A stretch of 64,000 nucleotides of DNA from NCBI RefSeq assembly GCF_009914755.1, contig NC_060934.1; one strand, 5' to 3'. The DNA comes from the human T2T-CHM13v2.0 reference genome, Homo sapiens. This document shows positions 1 through 14,345 of this stretch, piece by piece. Numbering within the stretch: the first letter of the stretch is position 1; each line of letters starts with the position of its first letter. The translations under genes were made by a program, and so were the position numbers. Under the pieces are notes generated by a model that saw only the letters and a program-made list of their open reading frames with translations, made no database searches and was not told the DNA's origin.

Positions 1-1017
1 GAAGAGAAATAGACCAATTTATTTGCAAAAAAAGTTTTAGAGTTATTATACTTGGCCTGATTTATTTGCATAAAGTGCAGCAAGAGTAGTGATTGGTCAT
101 ATAGACTAGTTGGCTTTGCCTGAAACTTTTTCGTTAGAAATTTTGGATTAGACTTTTGGAAACTTCTCAAGTCTAAGAAGTCAAGCCAGGGATTAACCAT
201 CAGCCTGTGCCTGTAATACTTTCACAGTTTGGTGAATTCTTCTCTTCTTGAAGTCCCAAAATATTTTGATATTCCTGAAACTCTCAGAAAGTGACATTCT
301 TTACATACCGCAAGTCAGGATTCTTGTAAGGGAACAGTATAGACAACTTATTAGGTCAAGTCTTTCCAAGGGGCTTTTTATTGGCTCTATAAAGTCAACC
401 TTAATTCCTCAAAGTAGTTTGATCATATGCTGTTCCAGTTAAACCTTGGTACAATAACCAGTGTCTCCAATGCGTCCTCTTACAAAACAAAGAAAATATT
501 GCACTTATACAAACAACTATATTGTCATAAATGTCATAAAATAAGAATATTCACAAATAGTTCCCAAATTCTGGAGAAAATCAGGTAAAGAGGAAGGTAA
601 ATGTTTCACTTTTCCCCACAAAAGTATACTTTACCTAATTGCTATGAGCTATAAATGGCTCAAAAAAAATGTGGACTCTGGCAAAACAAATATGAGAAGA
701 ATCAACAATGTTTCAAACAAAAAGTGATTAAAAAATCATTTCAGTCCTCTATCAGTTCAGTCCCATGTAATTAATTCCTGTTCTGTTTCATGTTGGCTTA
801 GCAATCTTCATTAACACATCAGTTTTTTATTCGAATTTTGGAAATTTTTACCTAGTCCAATGGTATCATCTCCATAGTTATCTGAAACCTGTATTCAAGA
901 ATACTTGAATATGGTACAAACTCGTATTCAAAGTCCTTTCCACGAATTTCTTTGAAGACACACATTTTAGGATTTGGAGGGAAACAAAGCTCTTAAAAAA
1001 AAAAAAAAAAAAAAAAC

Positions 1018-1402
<385 letters not shown>

Positions 1403-1506
1403 TCAAAGAAAGCTGAACACTATTTCTTGTCTGACAGTGCTTTCCATGTTTGAAATTTGATTTGGGGGAACTGTATCAGATATCAAAGGTTTAAAACACT
1501 AGATAT

Positions 1507-1810
1507 GGCCGGGCGTGGTGGCTGACACCTGTAATCCCAGCACTTTGGGAGGCTGAGGCAGGCAGATCACCTGAGGTCAGGGGTTCGAGACCAGCCTAGC
1601 TAACATGGTGAAACCCCATATCTACTAAAAGTACAAAAAAATTAGCCGGGCGTGGTGGCATGCACCTGAATGTGAGCTACTTGGGAGGCTGAGGCAAGAG
1701 AATCACTTGAACCCAGGAGGAGGAGGTTGCAGTGAGCCAAGATCACGCCAGTGCGCTCCAGCATGGGCGACAGAGCAGGGCTCCCATCTAAAAAAAATAA
1801 ATAAATAAAT
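1507..1810 (+). mobile_element. Alu (AluS-like)
   Basis: GGCCGGGCGTGGTGGCT start, (AAAT)n tail. Confidence 0.95.
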
Positions 1811-3804
1811 GTAAATTAAACAGATATCAAGATAAGAAAGGTTTGAAATGCTCAGTGTTAAAATAGGATCACAGGTCATTGTAAAACAGTCATTTAAACA
1901 AAGTGATAAGTCAGTGATTTTTAAAAAGTCAAAACCTGTGCTCTTTGATTAGCAGGAGACTCCATCAAAGAGTAAGTTTGAGGAGACTGTATCAAAGAGT
2001 AAGACTCCATCAAAGACTCACTTTTCCAAATAAGACCTAATAAAGGCAGCATGAGCTCAAGAAAATCTCTCTCTCCCTCCTTTTCTTTTGTAGTTTACTC
2101 AAAAGTAAACAAAACCTTTTACTATCTCCTGTTAACACTACCTGAAAATCTTGTTCAAAAGAGAAAACGAAATCCTACCTTTGTATCAGTATATTATTAA
2201 TATTAAACCTAATTTTAATAAAATCTTACAATAAACAGATCCATCTGATCCCAGTCAGCTTTGACCAGATAAGATTTTCATGAATCTTTTATAAACTCTT
2301 ACAATTTTATTTTTTCTTTCTCCAACTTTTTAGTTTTAGCTATATCATGTAAATTTTGAAACAATCTTTAACCTCTAAACTAGGCAAAATTACTTTTCCT
2401 TTAGCAAAACTCACACCCTCCTCTCTTTTTTATAACTTTCTTCACCAAAAACACATCCTACTTTCATTGTATACTTTGCATACAAGAGTGTTTCCCATGT
2501 ATCTAGTACTTTTAATTACATATATTAACTACGATTTTAACTCTTAGTAGTTCTAATTTCAAGTGAAAAACCTAGAAAGTAAGTAGTAGTTAACTGGTTT
2601 ATGTCTGTATTTGTAGACAAATCATTTCATGGTTTCGTAGAAAGATATTTCTATAAAATATAATTGATGCCTACTTTTTTGTTTATTAACAGATCTAAAG
2701 ATTATTAACAGATCTAAATATATTTAGCTTTTTTATACCATGTAAAAACAAAATACCAAATTATGTAAACTAAACTAAAACATATCTAATAATTAATGTT
2801 TTTGTATCTTAATGTATGTAGAAATGACTCAAACATTTTATGATTATCTATTACTTTATTAAACCTAACATGACTTCAAAACTTTAAACTACTGAAAAGA
2901 ATTTTGAAACTGCAACACAGATACCCTTCCTAATGTCTTCCTCAGTCATACTGAGTCGCAACTACCCACGTGGCACCCAAGTATGATTATGAAGGGGCAG
3001 GGCCTATCTGAGTCCTGATTTTACACACCCATAATGGAGCCCAGGACAGAGGACAGAACTGTGAAGATAATGTCTGACTCTTCCCACCATAGCCAGGAGA
3101 CAACAGCCAGGCCAGAGGGAGTACCACATATGTCTGCAGTCCTCACTTGTTAGAGCCCAGAATCTAATGAGTCTAATACATAAGCTCACAGACAAGTCAA
3201 ATAAGCATCAAACATATCACAGAAGCAATAGTTTTATGAGCTTCAGACATCTAGTAGAGAAAGCCTAAACCTTTCTGACCAGCAGACCCAGGCAAAAATG
3301 TCTGATTGTGTTTAAAACTGACAAGTCTGAAGACATTCTAATTTTATTTTACCAACAATTAAAAAGCTAATTTTATTTCTCAAAGATTACTAAAATCACA
3401 TTAACTTGAAAAATATTTGGGATTATTAAGCTATGAGCATTAATTTGTCAGTTTGGTACCATGTAAACAATATACAAACAGATCTGTACACATATATACA
3501 TAAAAATACAAACATAAGTGAAGATTTCATAGCTTTGATATAAAAATTCTAGCCATGAGACAAGTAAAACTCGCTATTTTAAAAGGACATTGGATTCAAA
3601 GTTCATAAATAGAACAAGTTCAAGTTTATTGTATATGCCTGAAGCCCTTACCAAGTTTTAAATAACAAGTAGCAAATTTATATTTCAAGCACAGAGAATT
3701 TAAGCTTTCCAAAAGGCCAATTCAATTTTACGTTATCTTTGGCAAAAATCATGTTAACAGAATCCAAAAGAGTAAAACATAAAGGCCTTTCTTCTACAAA
3801 AAAA

Positions 3805-4025
3805 AAATATTTTATATATTTTTTATATATTATATATCTTTATATATACTTATATATAATATATATTATATATATGACTCAGGCTAGCTATATATATACA
3901 GCTGTGTGTATATATACATATATACACATTCAGGCTAGCTATGTGTATATATATAGCTATGTGTGTATATATATATGTATATATATATAGCTATGTGTAT
4001 ATATATATATGTATATATATATAGA
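3805..4025. repeat. TA-rich low-complexity tract with repeated agctatgtgtatatata units
   Basis: Seen directly. Confidence 0.9.
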
Positions 4026-5033
4026 TAGCCTGAATGTCAGCTTTTAATTAAGCTAATTTCTGGCTATAGACCTCTTTCAAAGAAAAAAAAATATTTTCAA
4101 GTTTCTTAACAGATTTTAGCTGGAATAAACAGCCAATATTCCTGGCTTTTGACTTTTTTTTTCTTTTTAACCAAGGGTACCTTTCCAAGTGACTCACCAA
4201 AACCAATAAGCCTTAAGAAAAATTTTTATGACTTGACCAAGGATGCACAAGCCATCTCCAAAGAGGTGCAAAGCAAGCCCTCACAAGATCCAGAACCACC
4301 CCAAAGACAGTTTAAATAATGAAAGTCTTGGTAGCCACAAATAAGGTGCAAATCCACATTTTTGCTTGACTGTACTCTCTAGGGTTTCAGCTGATGGCAG
4401 ACAGAAGAAGACAGGAAATCAAAAGCTGTTCATGGAAGGGAAAAGGATCAGTAACAAATGGGTACCCTAAAAGGTCAAGAGTCATATTAATATTGTAATA
4501 ATTGAAAATATTCAAATTCTTGTAAATGTTTCTCTCCTAAGCTAAAGATATTAACCAAAGAAAGGAATTTTTTGTTGTTCTAAAGAATTTTAACTCTGTT
4601 TTAGATCTTATCTCAGCTGGAATGCTGCTTGGCTAATTCCCTGCATGTTAACATTTCAAACACATGATAAGATTTATCTCTCCAAGGTACTGTGAACTCC
4701 AGCTGGGCATTAAAGGATATCATCAGTGCCATTTATTAGTCCTGGTTTTGAAAAAAAAAAGTTGTTAGATCTGTATTTTTATAATCTCAGTAGTTTCATT
4801 CTCATTTTTTAGTTGCACTGTTTGCTCCTTTTGTTCCAAATTTAAATACATTTCTCTCTTTTAGACTATTAATTTTCCAGTTACCCATTTTATTGCCCTA
4901 AGTAGTTGTTAGGTTCTTCTAAAGGGATGACACTTAACATGAAATATGTAGAAAAAATATATAACTCAAAAGTCCAGAGCTGAAATCCAAGGAAGAAGGA
5001 TGTAGGTAAAAGCCAGTTAAGACAAGATGGCCT

Positions 5034-5318
5034 GGCCCAGTGCCGTGGCTCATGCCTGCAATCCCAGCACTTTGGGAGGCCAAGGCAGGTGGATCACTTG
5101 AGGTCAGTGAGACTAGCCTGGCCAACATGATGAGATCCCGTCTCTACTAAAAATACAAAAATTAGCCAGGTGTGGTAGCGGGCACCTGTAATCCCAGCTG
5201 CGTGGGAGGGTGAGGCAGAAGAATCGCTTGAGCCGGAGAGTCAGAGGTTGCAGTGAGCCGAGATCACGCTAGTGCACTCCAGCCTGGGCGACAGAGCGAG
5301 ACAGTCTCAAAAAATAAA
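5034..5318 (+). mobile_element. Alu with target-site duplication AAGACAAGATGGCCT
   Basis: Alu consensus; TSD at 5019-5033 and 5319-5333. Confidence 0.95.
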
Positions 5319-5876
5319 AAGACAAGATGGCCTGAAAAGCACCTTCACCAAAGACTTATGTAAATGTAAGCCAATGGTAAGTTTCTAGTGACTCAGCACT
5401 CCCTCTCCAGGTACAGTGAGGTAAAGACCCTTACAAATGAAGATTTCTTTTGTAGATGTAAATTTCTTTTATAAATAGCCAACTAAATGACAGAAAGCTG
5501 TATTTTGGACACTGATTTTGTTGAATGGGTGGTCTTTTTATGTTCACTTTTGTTAGCTTAAAAATTACTGAGTTCAGCTGGGAAAGCCCATTAAGAAAAA
5601 GGGCAAAAAAAGCATAATATATGTGTGGACTCAGCATGGATAGCTCTGATAAAGAAGCAAGCCTGAAGGGTTACCCCTAGGTTAAAGACCTCTTCTAAAA
5701 AAGAAGGGTTTGAAAGAACAGCCCAAATAAAATGTACACCTTCAACCAAAGAGTGGTATAGGTCCAGATTATTAGTAGGACTTTTGTCCAATAATTTATC
5801 TTGGAATTGGAAGAACATGAGAGTTTCATAGTTGGCCAGGTGCCAAGTCCAGGAATGGCTAAGGGTGGCTTACTGT

Positions 5877-5896
5877 GAATCCTGCTCACAGTGCCA
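5877..5896 (-). promoter_or_regulatory. Retroviral primer-binding site complementary to the tRNA-Ser(CGA) 3' end
   Basis: + strand GAATCCTGCTCACAGTGCCA versus recalled tRNA-Ser-CGA end GAATCCTGCTCACAGCGCCA (one CpG transition), 4 nt from the LTR terminus. Confidence 0.75.
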
Positions 5897-5900
5897 GAAA

Positions 5901-6354
5901 TGTCAACCTAAAGGGAAGAAAATGAGGCATAGTTAATACAGATAATGTATTTGGGCCAAGGTTGAGGACTGCAGCCTAGGACACACTTCCAAGTGGTCTT
6001 GGGGAGTGCTCCAGAGAACAGAAGAGAGGCTCATATTTTTAGAGAAAAAAAGGATGAATCAGGAAAGGGATTGATTGCAAAAAGGTATTCATCAGGAATT
6101 CTTGTTGGTTTACAGAAATAACATTGGTTATTTATTGTCTATACATTGTTGAACTATAGTGTATATGGCATTTTATGACTACTTGGGGTCAGTTAGTCTA
6201 GAGCTTCCATAGCATGTGGCTTCAAGAGGTAATTATTTAGCTCAAGGGGTAGTGAGACATGACTACTGTACATTTAAAATGCCTCTCTGGGCCTGATAAT
6301 TTAAAGGGGCTCGAATTCCATAGAGCAAAAGTTTTTTTTGTTTTGTTTTTCATA
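5901..6354 (-). mobile_element. 5' LTR of the ERV1 element (MER4-group-like)
   Basis: Minus strand ends ...TGACA next to the PBS; tgtcaacctaaagg...tatttgggccaaggttgaggactgc resembles this LTR group. Confidence 0.7.
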
Positions 6355-7740
6355 ACCCTCATGTTTAGTTAACATTGCTGACATTCATGAATCAAAAAAC
6401 CCAAACCACAAAAAAACAAGCTATTTTTATTATCACTTCTGCTACCTAGCATGTCAGGCAGTCATGTTATGTTTAAATTGCCTTCAAATGGTTTCAGGAA
6501 CTTTTCCCATATGTATGTTATTGAACCACTCCAGAAAATCGTAAATCCCTTTTGTAGAGGAAGAGATGATTAGACGAGAAATACTTAGTGTCTGGCACAG
6601 ATTTATACAGAAAAAAATTTTTGTTTTTAGTTTCTGGTCTTTGTTGTTACTTTGTTGGTAGTAAAAAATGAGTTTTTTTTTTAATTAGCCAGGCTTTAGG
6701 CCTTATCCAGTGAAGGACAACTTGAAGATGAGATAGAGCATAAAATTCAAGCTATTTCTAGAGATTGATACAGGTTCATTAGCTGGACAATTAAACTTTT
6801 TACTTGTCTTGCAAGTCTTCAACTTAGATTTGTCATATTTGGTTATCATAATCAAATGGAAATAGTAGTTTTTGCCCCATCTTGCTGAGCTTTTAGATTT
6901 TGAGATCATTTGTAACATACTCTGAAATTCAGTGAATTTTATTTTTTTCTGCTGGGGGCAGGCACATTTAATTACAGAAAGCCATTTGCCATGGAATCTT
7001 TTTTTCTAAAAACTACCTAGCGTTAAAAAAAAATCTGATCATAATTACGTTGCTAGCAAGATAAACTAGCAATAAGTATATGTGGTATCAACTAATATGA
7101 AAAAAATTATCTGTAAAATGCATCTGGGACACTTCTCATTTGCTATTCTTAATTTGCAGTTTTAGGAATTGTCTCGTGGTGGTTGAATGTGATCAGCATT
7201 TTCTTTTATGAGCCTGGGAGTCTTATTAGTGAAAGATTTGGCAAAAGTTAGAAGACAATGTCAGGCATTCGGGTCTTCTCAAGGAATGAGATTTTTCAGT
7301 ATGTAACCAATTTTTTTGGATAGGCAAAGATTTAACCCAAGTAGTACACTGTACAAAGGTGCCTTTAAAACTCAGCATTCTTTCTTGTGTAAAACCTCAT
7401 AAAAATTTTATGGAAATTTATGGGTATCAATTTTTCTTAGATTTAAAATTAAAATAGCTTTTGAGTACCTTGGGAAATAGTATATTCTTACAAAGTAGAT
7501 GACCTATTTATTCAGTTGAATGTCCTTGTGAAAATTGACGTTGCTTTACTGACACTAATAATCTACATGCAGTTGAGCAAGCCCAGAAGCCAACTTTGGA
7601 ATATTTTGAAATGTTTACCATTTTGAGTACAAAGTAATTTTAGAATCTTGGATACCAGCTCACTGAAGTGTTATGGTAATATCATACCCATATCATTTCC
7701 GTTACTTATATTTGTTATTGTTTAAACAGTAGCCAAAAAT

Positions 7741-7870
7741 GGCCAGGCACGGTGGCTCACATCTGTAATCCCATTACTTTCGGAGGCCAAGGCAGGAGGA
7801 TTGCTTGAGACCAAGGAGTTCAAGGCCAGTGGGCCATATAGCAAGACCTCATCTCCATTGAAATATATAT
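7741..7870 (+). mobile_element. Alu monomer (FLAM-like)
   Basis: Left-arm sequence only. Confidence 0.85.
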
Positions 7871-10689
7871 ATTTTAAAGTAGCCAGAAACATGTACTTAC
7901 TTTACTGCCAAGGATATGGCTGTAAAGTCTTGAGATCTTTAATAAATAACTTGAATGTCTGAATGACTTGGAAACAAGTTCTGAATTAGCTTACTGATTT
8001 CATGTGTCTGGCGCTATTTAGCTAAATCCACCCTCCTCAAAATGTAGAAATTGTTAAGGGACAGTTTCTTGTTGAGACAGTTTCTGTCTTAGCATCATTT
8101 TGTGGTTAGAATGTAGTAAACCTACTCAAATAAGCCCAATTAAGAATTAAATCTATTTTATGAATAGGTCTTTAAAAACCCAATTGCAGAACTACAAACC
8201 AGGCCTCTTTCTCCCCTTTGTGGGTGGGGGTCAGATTCTCCTAGAAGAGAGGGCAAACTAGGTATGATTAGTATACCTGCTAGAAAGAACAGTTAAGTGG
8301 CCAGGGCAAACAAAGTTGTCTCTTGGCTGTAATAATTTTTTTCTGGACTCATGGGCAACTAAAGAAACATGCTAATTATACTGATGCTTAAAGGATTTGC
8401 CCTCTATTACGGAGGGTCTGTGGGAGTAGAACTGTAACCTCTTCTTTATAAGCGAGTAGTACAGAAAAGGGAGAAGGAGAAAGAAGAATCCTAAATATGG
8501 AGGGGAATCATCTGGAAAGAGCTCAGATTAATTTTTATAAAATTGTGTAAGATTTTATAAGATTATATATTTTTATAAGATTATAACCTCTTCCTGGAAG
8601 CCTCATTTTTAAACTGCTTATGGTAGTGACATTTTATTATACATGAATTTAACTTTTGAATATCCAGCTGTACCTGTCTTGACAGATAAAATGACAGTTT
8701 CAGTAGTACAGACAATTCTGCCCATCCTAGGAAGCTTATGCCCTTGCAGATGAGAATCTGCTGTTCTCTCTTAGTTTGTACATGTCTCCCGTCAGATGAG
8801 CATGTCATATGTAGTGTAAATACTTTAAATAAAATCATGGCCCTGAATGTTATTGTACTAAATGTTACATTATGATTTAAGGAGATTTTCGGGGTAATTT
8901 TGACTATGTCAGTTTTGTGGATTATTTGGAAGAGTGGAATTTTGTGCACTCTGGGCTCGAGTCTAAAGTTAGTGTGTAAAGCCAAAGTCAGAATCACCCT
9001 TGAAAGTTCCTCAACTCATAAAAGCCAATATGAAATCTTTTGTGTACATATACACTCTTGAGCATTAATTCTTACACACATTTAAATTGGAGAGTGACTA
9101 AGCTAGACTGAAAGGCAAAAGGAAAGTATACAGGTGTTGTATATTCATTCAGCTTTAAACATGGTATAGGTAGGGAATTCTAAAATGTTCCTTCTTGCCT
9201 GCCAGCTTTACTTCATTTTGTTTTAATAATAAACTCTAGAATCTTAATTCTTACTAATCGTGTATTTGTTGTGGGAATTTCAGGAGCTCGTTAGCCTCAC
9301 CTTTCTGTGAGATAGCTTCTGAAATCAGTTGGCTAAATTCTAAGGTTAGCCATTAAGTAGGTTTATGATAAAACTTTGTTTTATTGTAGTTTTCATTATT
9401 TCCCTTTTCTTTTGCTTTAGTATTTTAGTAACATCACTTTTAAGATGTTACTCATCTCAAAGGAGGCAAAGGAAGAGATTTGGTATCAAGTCCTTCATTC
9501 AACTAAAGTAGAAAGAGAGGGAAGTAGTATGCCCCTCTAGGCTGGTGGTTGCTGTGGGAATCAATGTAAAAACCCCTTTAAGAGGATAAAAATGGGACAG
9601 TTAACTGGAAACTTACCAATGAGACATTCTCTTTCTAGAGCTTTTTCTTTTCTAGCATGTTCCCCCCAGTTTTAAGAAGATAACCCACACTCTTATCTGT
9701 TTCTTCAGTATATAATCTCAATTGTGAGATTACAAAATAATTTCTCTTTAATAATATGCCCAGGTGAGAATGGGAGTAAAATTCTGGTTTTCTTTATTTG
9801 GTGCTAGTGTCAGCAGTGACTGAAACATAGGCTGTCTCAGTCTGGGCCCTGTAGTACAATGCTCAGACCTAGGCTGGCTTACTCTTCATATGGCTCTACT
9901 ACCTTAGTATAGAGGAGGAACCGTAAAGTCCAAGATTGGGCACTTCATTCACACCACTTAGTAGGCAGTCTCCTAAGGAAAGAAGAAAAGTGTATGTCCG
10001 GAGAGACATAAATGGCTAGTCAGCCATAGTTTTTTGGGGGGAAAGGAGGAAGGGGAGAGTACCCTAGGATGCACCCTATATTTCACATATTGTTTCTACT
10101 ACTTTTGGTTAAATTGTAGACAAGTCTGTTGTTGGAATAGGCCTTCTTAGTGCAGGACATAGTGGTATTTCTATATTAATTACTTAAAATATAGTTGAAA
10201 AATGAACTTTGAGAATACCTAGAACTGAAATAGATGCATTTGTATGGTGGCAGCTGAGATCTGATCTAAAGGCCAGTTGAGGGCTAATAAGGAGTGAGGT
10301 TAAATTTAAGCTTATTACTCTTTTAGGAAAATGATGTGAGTTAGGGTTGAGGCCAAGAAATTCTTACTATATTCTGAAAGTAGTGAGACTTCATTCGTTA
10401 GAGCTAACCTCATAGTGCTCACTATGAGCACTCACCTTAAAGGTTATTATCTGCCTCTTGAAGAAGCACTTACTCAGCGGATCCTGTAACATGTGGTTCT
10501 GCCACTTTGTCCATAACTGATTAGACCAGGGCAAGCCTCTGGCTCAAGGCTAATGGCTTATGAAGTGGCCTGGTATGAAAACTGCATAAACAGCAATAAC
10601 AAGATTAATCATCTTTCTCTTTCTCTTTCTCTCCTGTAAACTACTCCTTGAGAGGAGAAAGACAGGCAATTCATAATGGGAATTTAAAA

Positions 10690-10960
10690 TAACAGTTTGT
10701 TCACTTGTTCATTGGTTCATTCAACACTTTTTTGAATGTCTGCTGTTAGCCAGGTACTACTCAAGGCACTGGTGATTTATTCATGAACAGAACAAAATTC
10801 ATGCTTTCATGGAACTTGGGTTTGAGTGGGACAGATAATAACCATGTACTAGAATGTTAGCAATGGTAAGTGATATGAAGAAAAATGAAGTGGGTTGAGG
10901 GGAGAGAGTGTGCTTAAAGGGGAATTTAGATAGGCTAGTCAAGTAAGGCATCTCTGAGGA
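10690..10960. mobile_element. L2 fragment
   Basis: ttcattcaacac...gccaggtact...catggaactt motif typical of L2 3' ends. Confidence 0.6.
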
Positions 10961-10963
10961 GCT

Positions 10964-11442
10964 GTATTAAGAGATTTATTATACGGAATTAGTTCATGTG
11001 GGTATGGAGGTTCATAGGTCCCAAGATCTGCAGCTTGCAAGCTGAAGACCCTGGATAGCTGATGGTGTAGCACCAGTTTGAGTCCAAAGGCCTGAGAACC
11101 AGAACACCGAATGTAGTTTCAGTCCAAAGGCCAGTAGGCTCAAGATCTAGGAAGAGCTGATGTTTCAGTTTGAGTCTAAAGGCAGGAAAACACCAATGTC
11201 CAAGCTCAAGGCAGGCAGGAAGAGTTCCCACTTATTCATACTTTTTGTTTTATTCAGGGCTTCTACTGATTGAATGAGGCCCACCCACATCACAGAGTGC
11301 AGTCAGCTTTACTCAGTCTGTTTATTTATATAAATGTTAAAATTATCCAAAACACCTTCACAGAAACACCCAGAATAATGTTTAACCAAATATATGGGCA
11401 CCCTGTGTCCTAGGCAAGTTGATGCATAAAATTAACTGTCAT
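10964..11442 (-). mobile_element. MLT2-family (ERVL) solo LTR
   Basis: agtccaaaggcctgagaacc and terminal caagttgatgcataaaattaactgtcata match the reverse complement of the MLT2 start. Confidence 0.85.
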
Positions 11443-12579
11443 AGATAGGTCTATTGGTAGCCAAAGAACCAGGTTAAGTAAAAATAGATAGGCTCTAAGT
11501 TACCTCAGTGACTTATTGCCAGGATTGCCTGATGATTACAGCTGTCTTAAATTCTGAACCTTGTTGTATTACCTGAATTATTTTCCAGGGTCTCTAAAGT
11601 CTGGCTATATGGTTGCATTGAACTTATTCTTTTCTCCTTAAGTATGTTTTATGTAACTAGTTTAACCTGTGTGTTTCTACATTCAGGCTTGACAGCCTAG
11701 CCATTTTATGGACGGGGCGGAGCGGGGGCGGTCAGCCTGATATATAAAGATATCACAGAAATAAACCTTGAGTCATAAAAACCTAATATAGCCGCCCCCC
11801 TTTACTAATGAAGAGAAACACTGGTAAAGACACATGAAACAATTTATTAAGTAATTTGTTACTTTAAAAAGATTTACATTTTGGTTAACTTTTTTAGCAG
11901 TTGTTTGTTCTAACTCTGTGAAGAGCCTGTTTTGGAAATCTGAAAATGTAGGAGATGCAGCTATTGTCCTCAGAAAGACCATAGTCTGATAATAAAATCT
12001 GCATAAGTAAATATACAGCAAAGTAGTTTAGATGAGAATTTAGGTTAGAGCTGGTTTGAATGGAAAAGGCTTATGAAGATCACATTTAAGCTAGTCTTAG
12101 ACAAAATTTGGATAGATACAAAAGAGTGTTAAAAATATTTCATGAAAGGGAAAGGGAAATGAACAAATGAGATACATCAGAGTTTGGGGGATGGTAGTTT
12201 AGCTGTGTTGACATGGTTGTAGTCTTCTTGCTGTAGGAGTAGTAACAGGTGAGATTTGAAAGTTAAAGCCGAACCTCAGTATTTCCATACTTTTGGTTGC
12301 ACATTAATTCTTTTGAGCCTCAGATTATTCCATCTGTTAACTGGGATAATAATGCCAATATTTGTTCATATGTTTTAATCAGTTACATCTAAATTCTATA
12401 ACAAGAGTTCCTTTGTTTTTAATCTCAGAAGCCTTCTAAGTAGGGAAATGAGTCATCAGAAACCATGGCATTTCCTTCTCACACATACTCTTGCTGTTCA
12501 AGCTTCATGATGGAGAGATCAGTATATCAAATGCATCCTCTATAAATCTCACCAGTATCCTTAATGCCCTTATCTTGGT

Positions 12580-13549
12580 GAATGTGGAAAAACTCAAAGT
12601 GCTTTTTTTCTGTTCTCTCAACACAACAATCACAGAAGACTTATGTGATCAAATGTTGCATAGGGGGAGTTCCCCACACACCAAGCAAGCGATCAGTTTT
12701 GCAGCAGATGCCTGCTAAGTGTCTTCCAATTCCATTCTGACACTAGTTACCTGGAGATAGCATGAGATCTCACAAGTCGAGGGCCCAGTCCCCTCCCACC
12801 GCCACCAGATACCAGTCTCAGGTCTGGAACTTCTGACTGGCTCCAAGTTGAGGTTCCCATGCCCCTCTCTTTGGGTTAGATTAATTTGCTAGAGCAGCTT
12901 TACAAAACTGAGGGAAACACCTTTACCAGTTTATTATAAAGGATATTACAAAGGATGCAGATAATGAGATGCATAGGGTAAGGTATGGGGGAAGGAACAC
13001 AGAGCTTCCAGACCTTCCCAGGGCACGCCATCTTCCAGAATCCTCCACGTGTTCAGCTATCCGAAAGTTCCCTGAACCCTGTCCTCTTGAGCCTTTCATG
13101 GAGATTTATTGGATAGGCATGATTGACAACCATGTGGAAATGGGATTGGACAAAAAGGGTATAATCTAATACTAACAGGCCGAGTGGAGAAACCCACAAG
13201 CCTGTCTGTCCAAATTCTTCTTAGCCTTTCTGTGCAGCATTCCTTTCTCAAGGGTGTGGGACAGGACCACTTCTGAAATGAGAGTCTTATGACCTGCAGT
13301 CAGAAAGGCAGGGGAAGATTAGACTCTTGCCTTGAGCTGGTGAAAGGAGGATGGGAAAATCAGAGAGAGAGATTCTGTTTTCTGAGGCCTGGAGCACCCC
13401 AACATCATAACCAAAGTCTGTAACAAGGTATATGGGAGTTAAGAGCCGGGAGCTGTGGATGAAAACCTATATATATGTTCCCTATATATACAATACATAG
13501 AATTATATATATGTTATTATCTAATATGTAATAGATATATAATATCACA
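12580..13549 (-). mobile_element. MER21-family LTR
   Basis: ttctgacactagttacctggagatagc and ttaatttgctagagcagct motifs; ends aatatcaca. Confidence 0.8.
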
Positions 13550-13589
13550 CTTGGAAATTGCACTTTTTCTCAGTCTTTTGATGATACTT

Positions 13590-14345
13590 TTTTATGGTAG
13601 TGACACACTAATATCTCCATCCGTATGGCCACACATGTGCTCTGGATCCCATTCTTTTCTTCCTTTTTGGAAATAATATGCTATCTGAGAAACCTATTTT
13701 CTTTCTCATTCCCCCATTCTCACTCTTCCTCTCTTTATTGGATCCTTTTTGTTAGCATATAAACATGTTCAGGTTGTCTCTATGTTATATGTGTTATACT
13801 ATGCTATATCATATATAATATATAATCTAATTATCCTCCCTTGACCATTTACTCCTCTTTATCTATTTCATCTTTGGTCTTCTTTGTTAAACTTCTCTAA
13901 AGAAGTAGCTATATCCAGTTTCCTTATAAATTTCCCAGTTACATGGCAGCTCATTTTAATCTAGCTTCTGCTGCGTTCGCTCTACTCAAATGGCTTATTT
14001 GACACCTCTGTTAAAATCAATGCTATTAGCCATTTTGTTCTTTAAAACACTCTCTTCCTTTGGCTTCTTCAGTATGTTCTTGTTTTCTGTCTAGGTCTCT
14101 GGCTGCATCTTCTGTGGCTTCCTTGTCAGCTCATCTTTCTCCAGTTGCTCATTAAATGTGGTTGTTATAAAGCTGAATCTTAGGTATCTTTTTACTTAAC
14201 GACTACTCTTGAATAACTTGTCTCTCATTGCTCCAGTTACAGTGACAACTCCTACATTTATCTTTCACCGAGACTACTCATCTGGGATCCAGTTCTATAT
14301 CTAGATACCAAATTGATATTTCCATTTGAATGTCTTAAAGTTATC
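13590..14345. mobile_element. Degenerate L2 fragments
   Basis: Pyrimidine-rich L2-like motifs (tttccatttgaatgtct, atctcagactcaac). Confidence 0.5.

Noticed and set aside
1955-2020. Repeated gagactccatcaaagagtaag units resembling a repeat-spacer array
   Set aside because: Only 2-3 irregular copies without unique spacers, inside ERV sequence; local slippage, not CRISPR-like
8581-8997. 138-aa minus-strand ORF
   Set aside because: Non-ATG start, no recognisable homology, compatible with chance in intronic DNA
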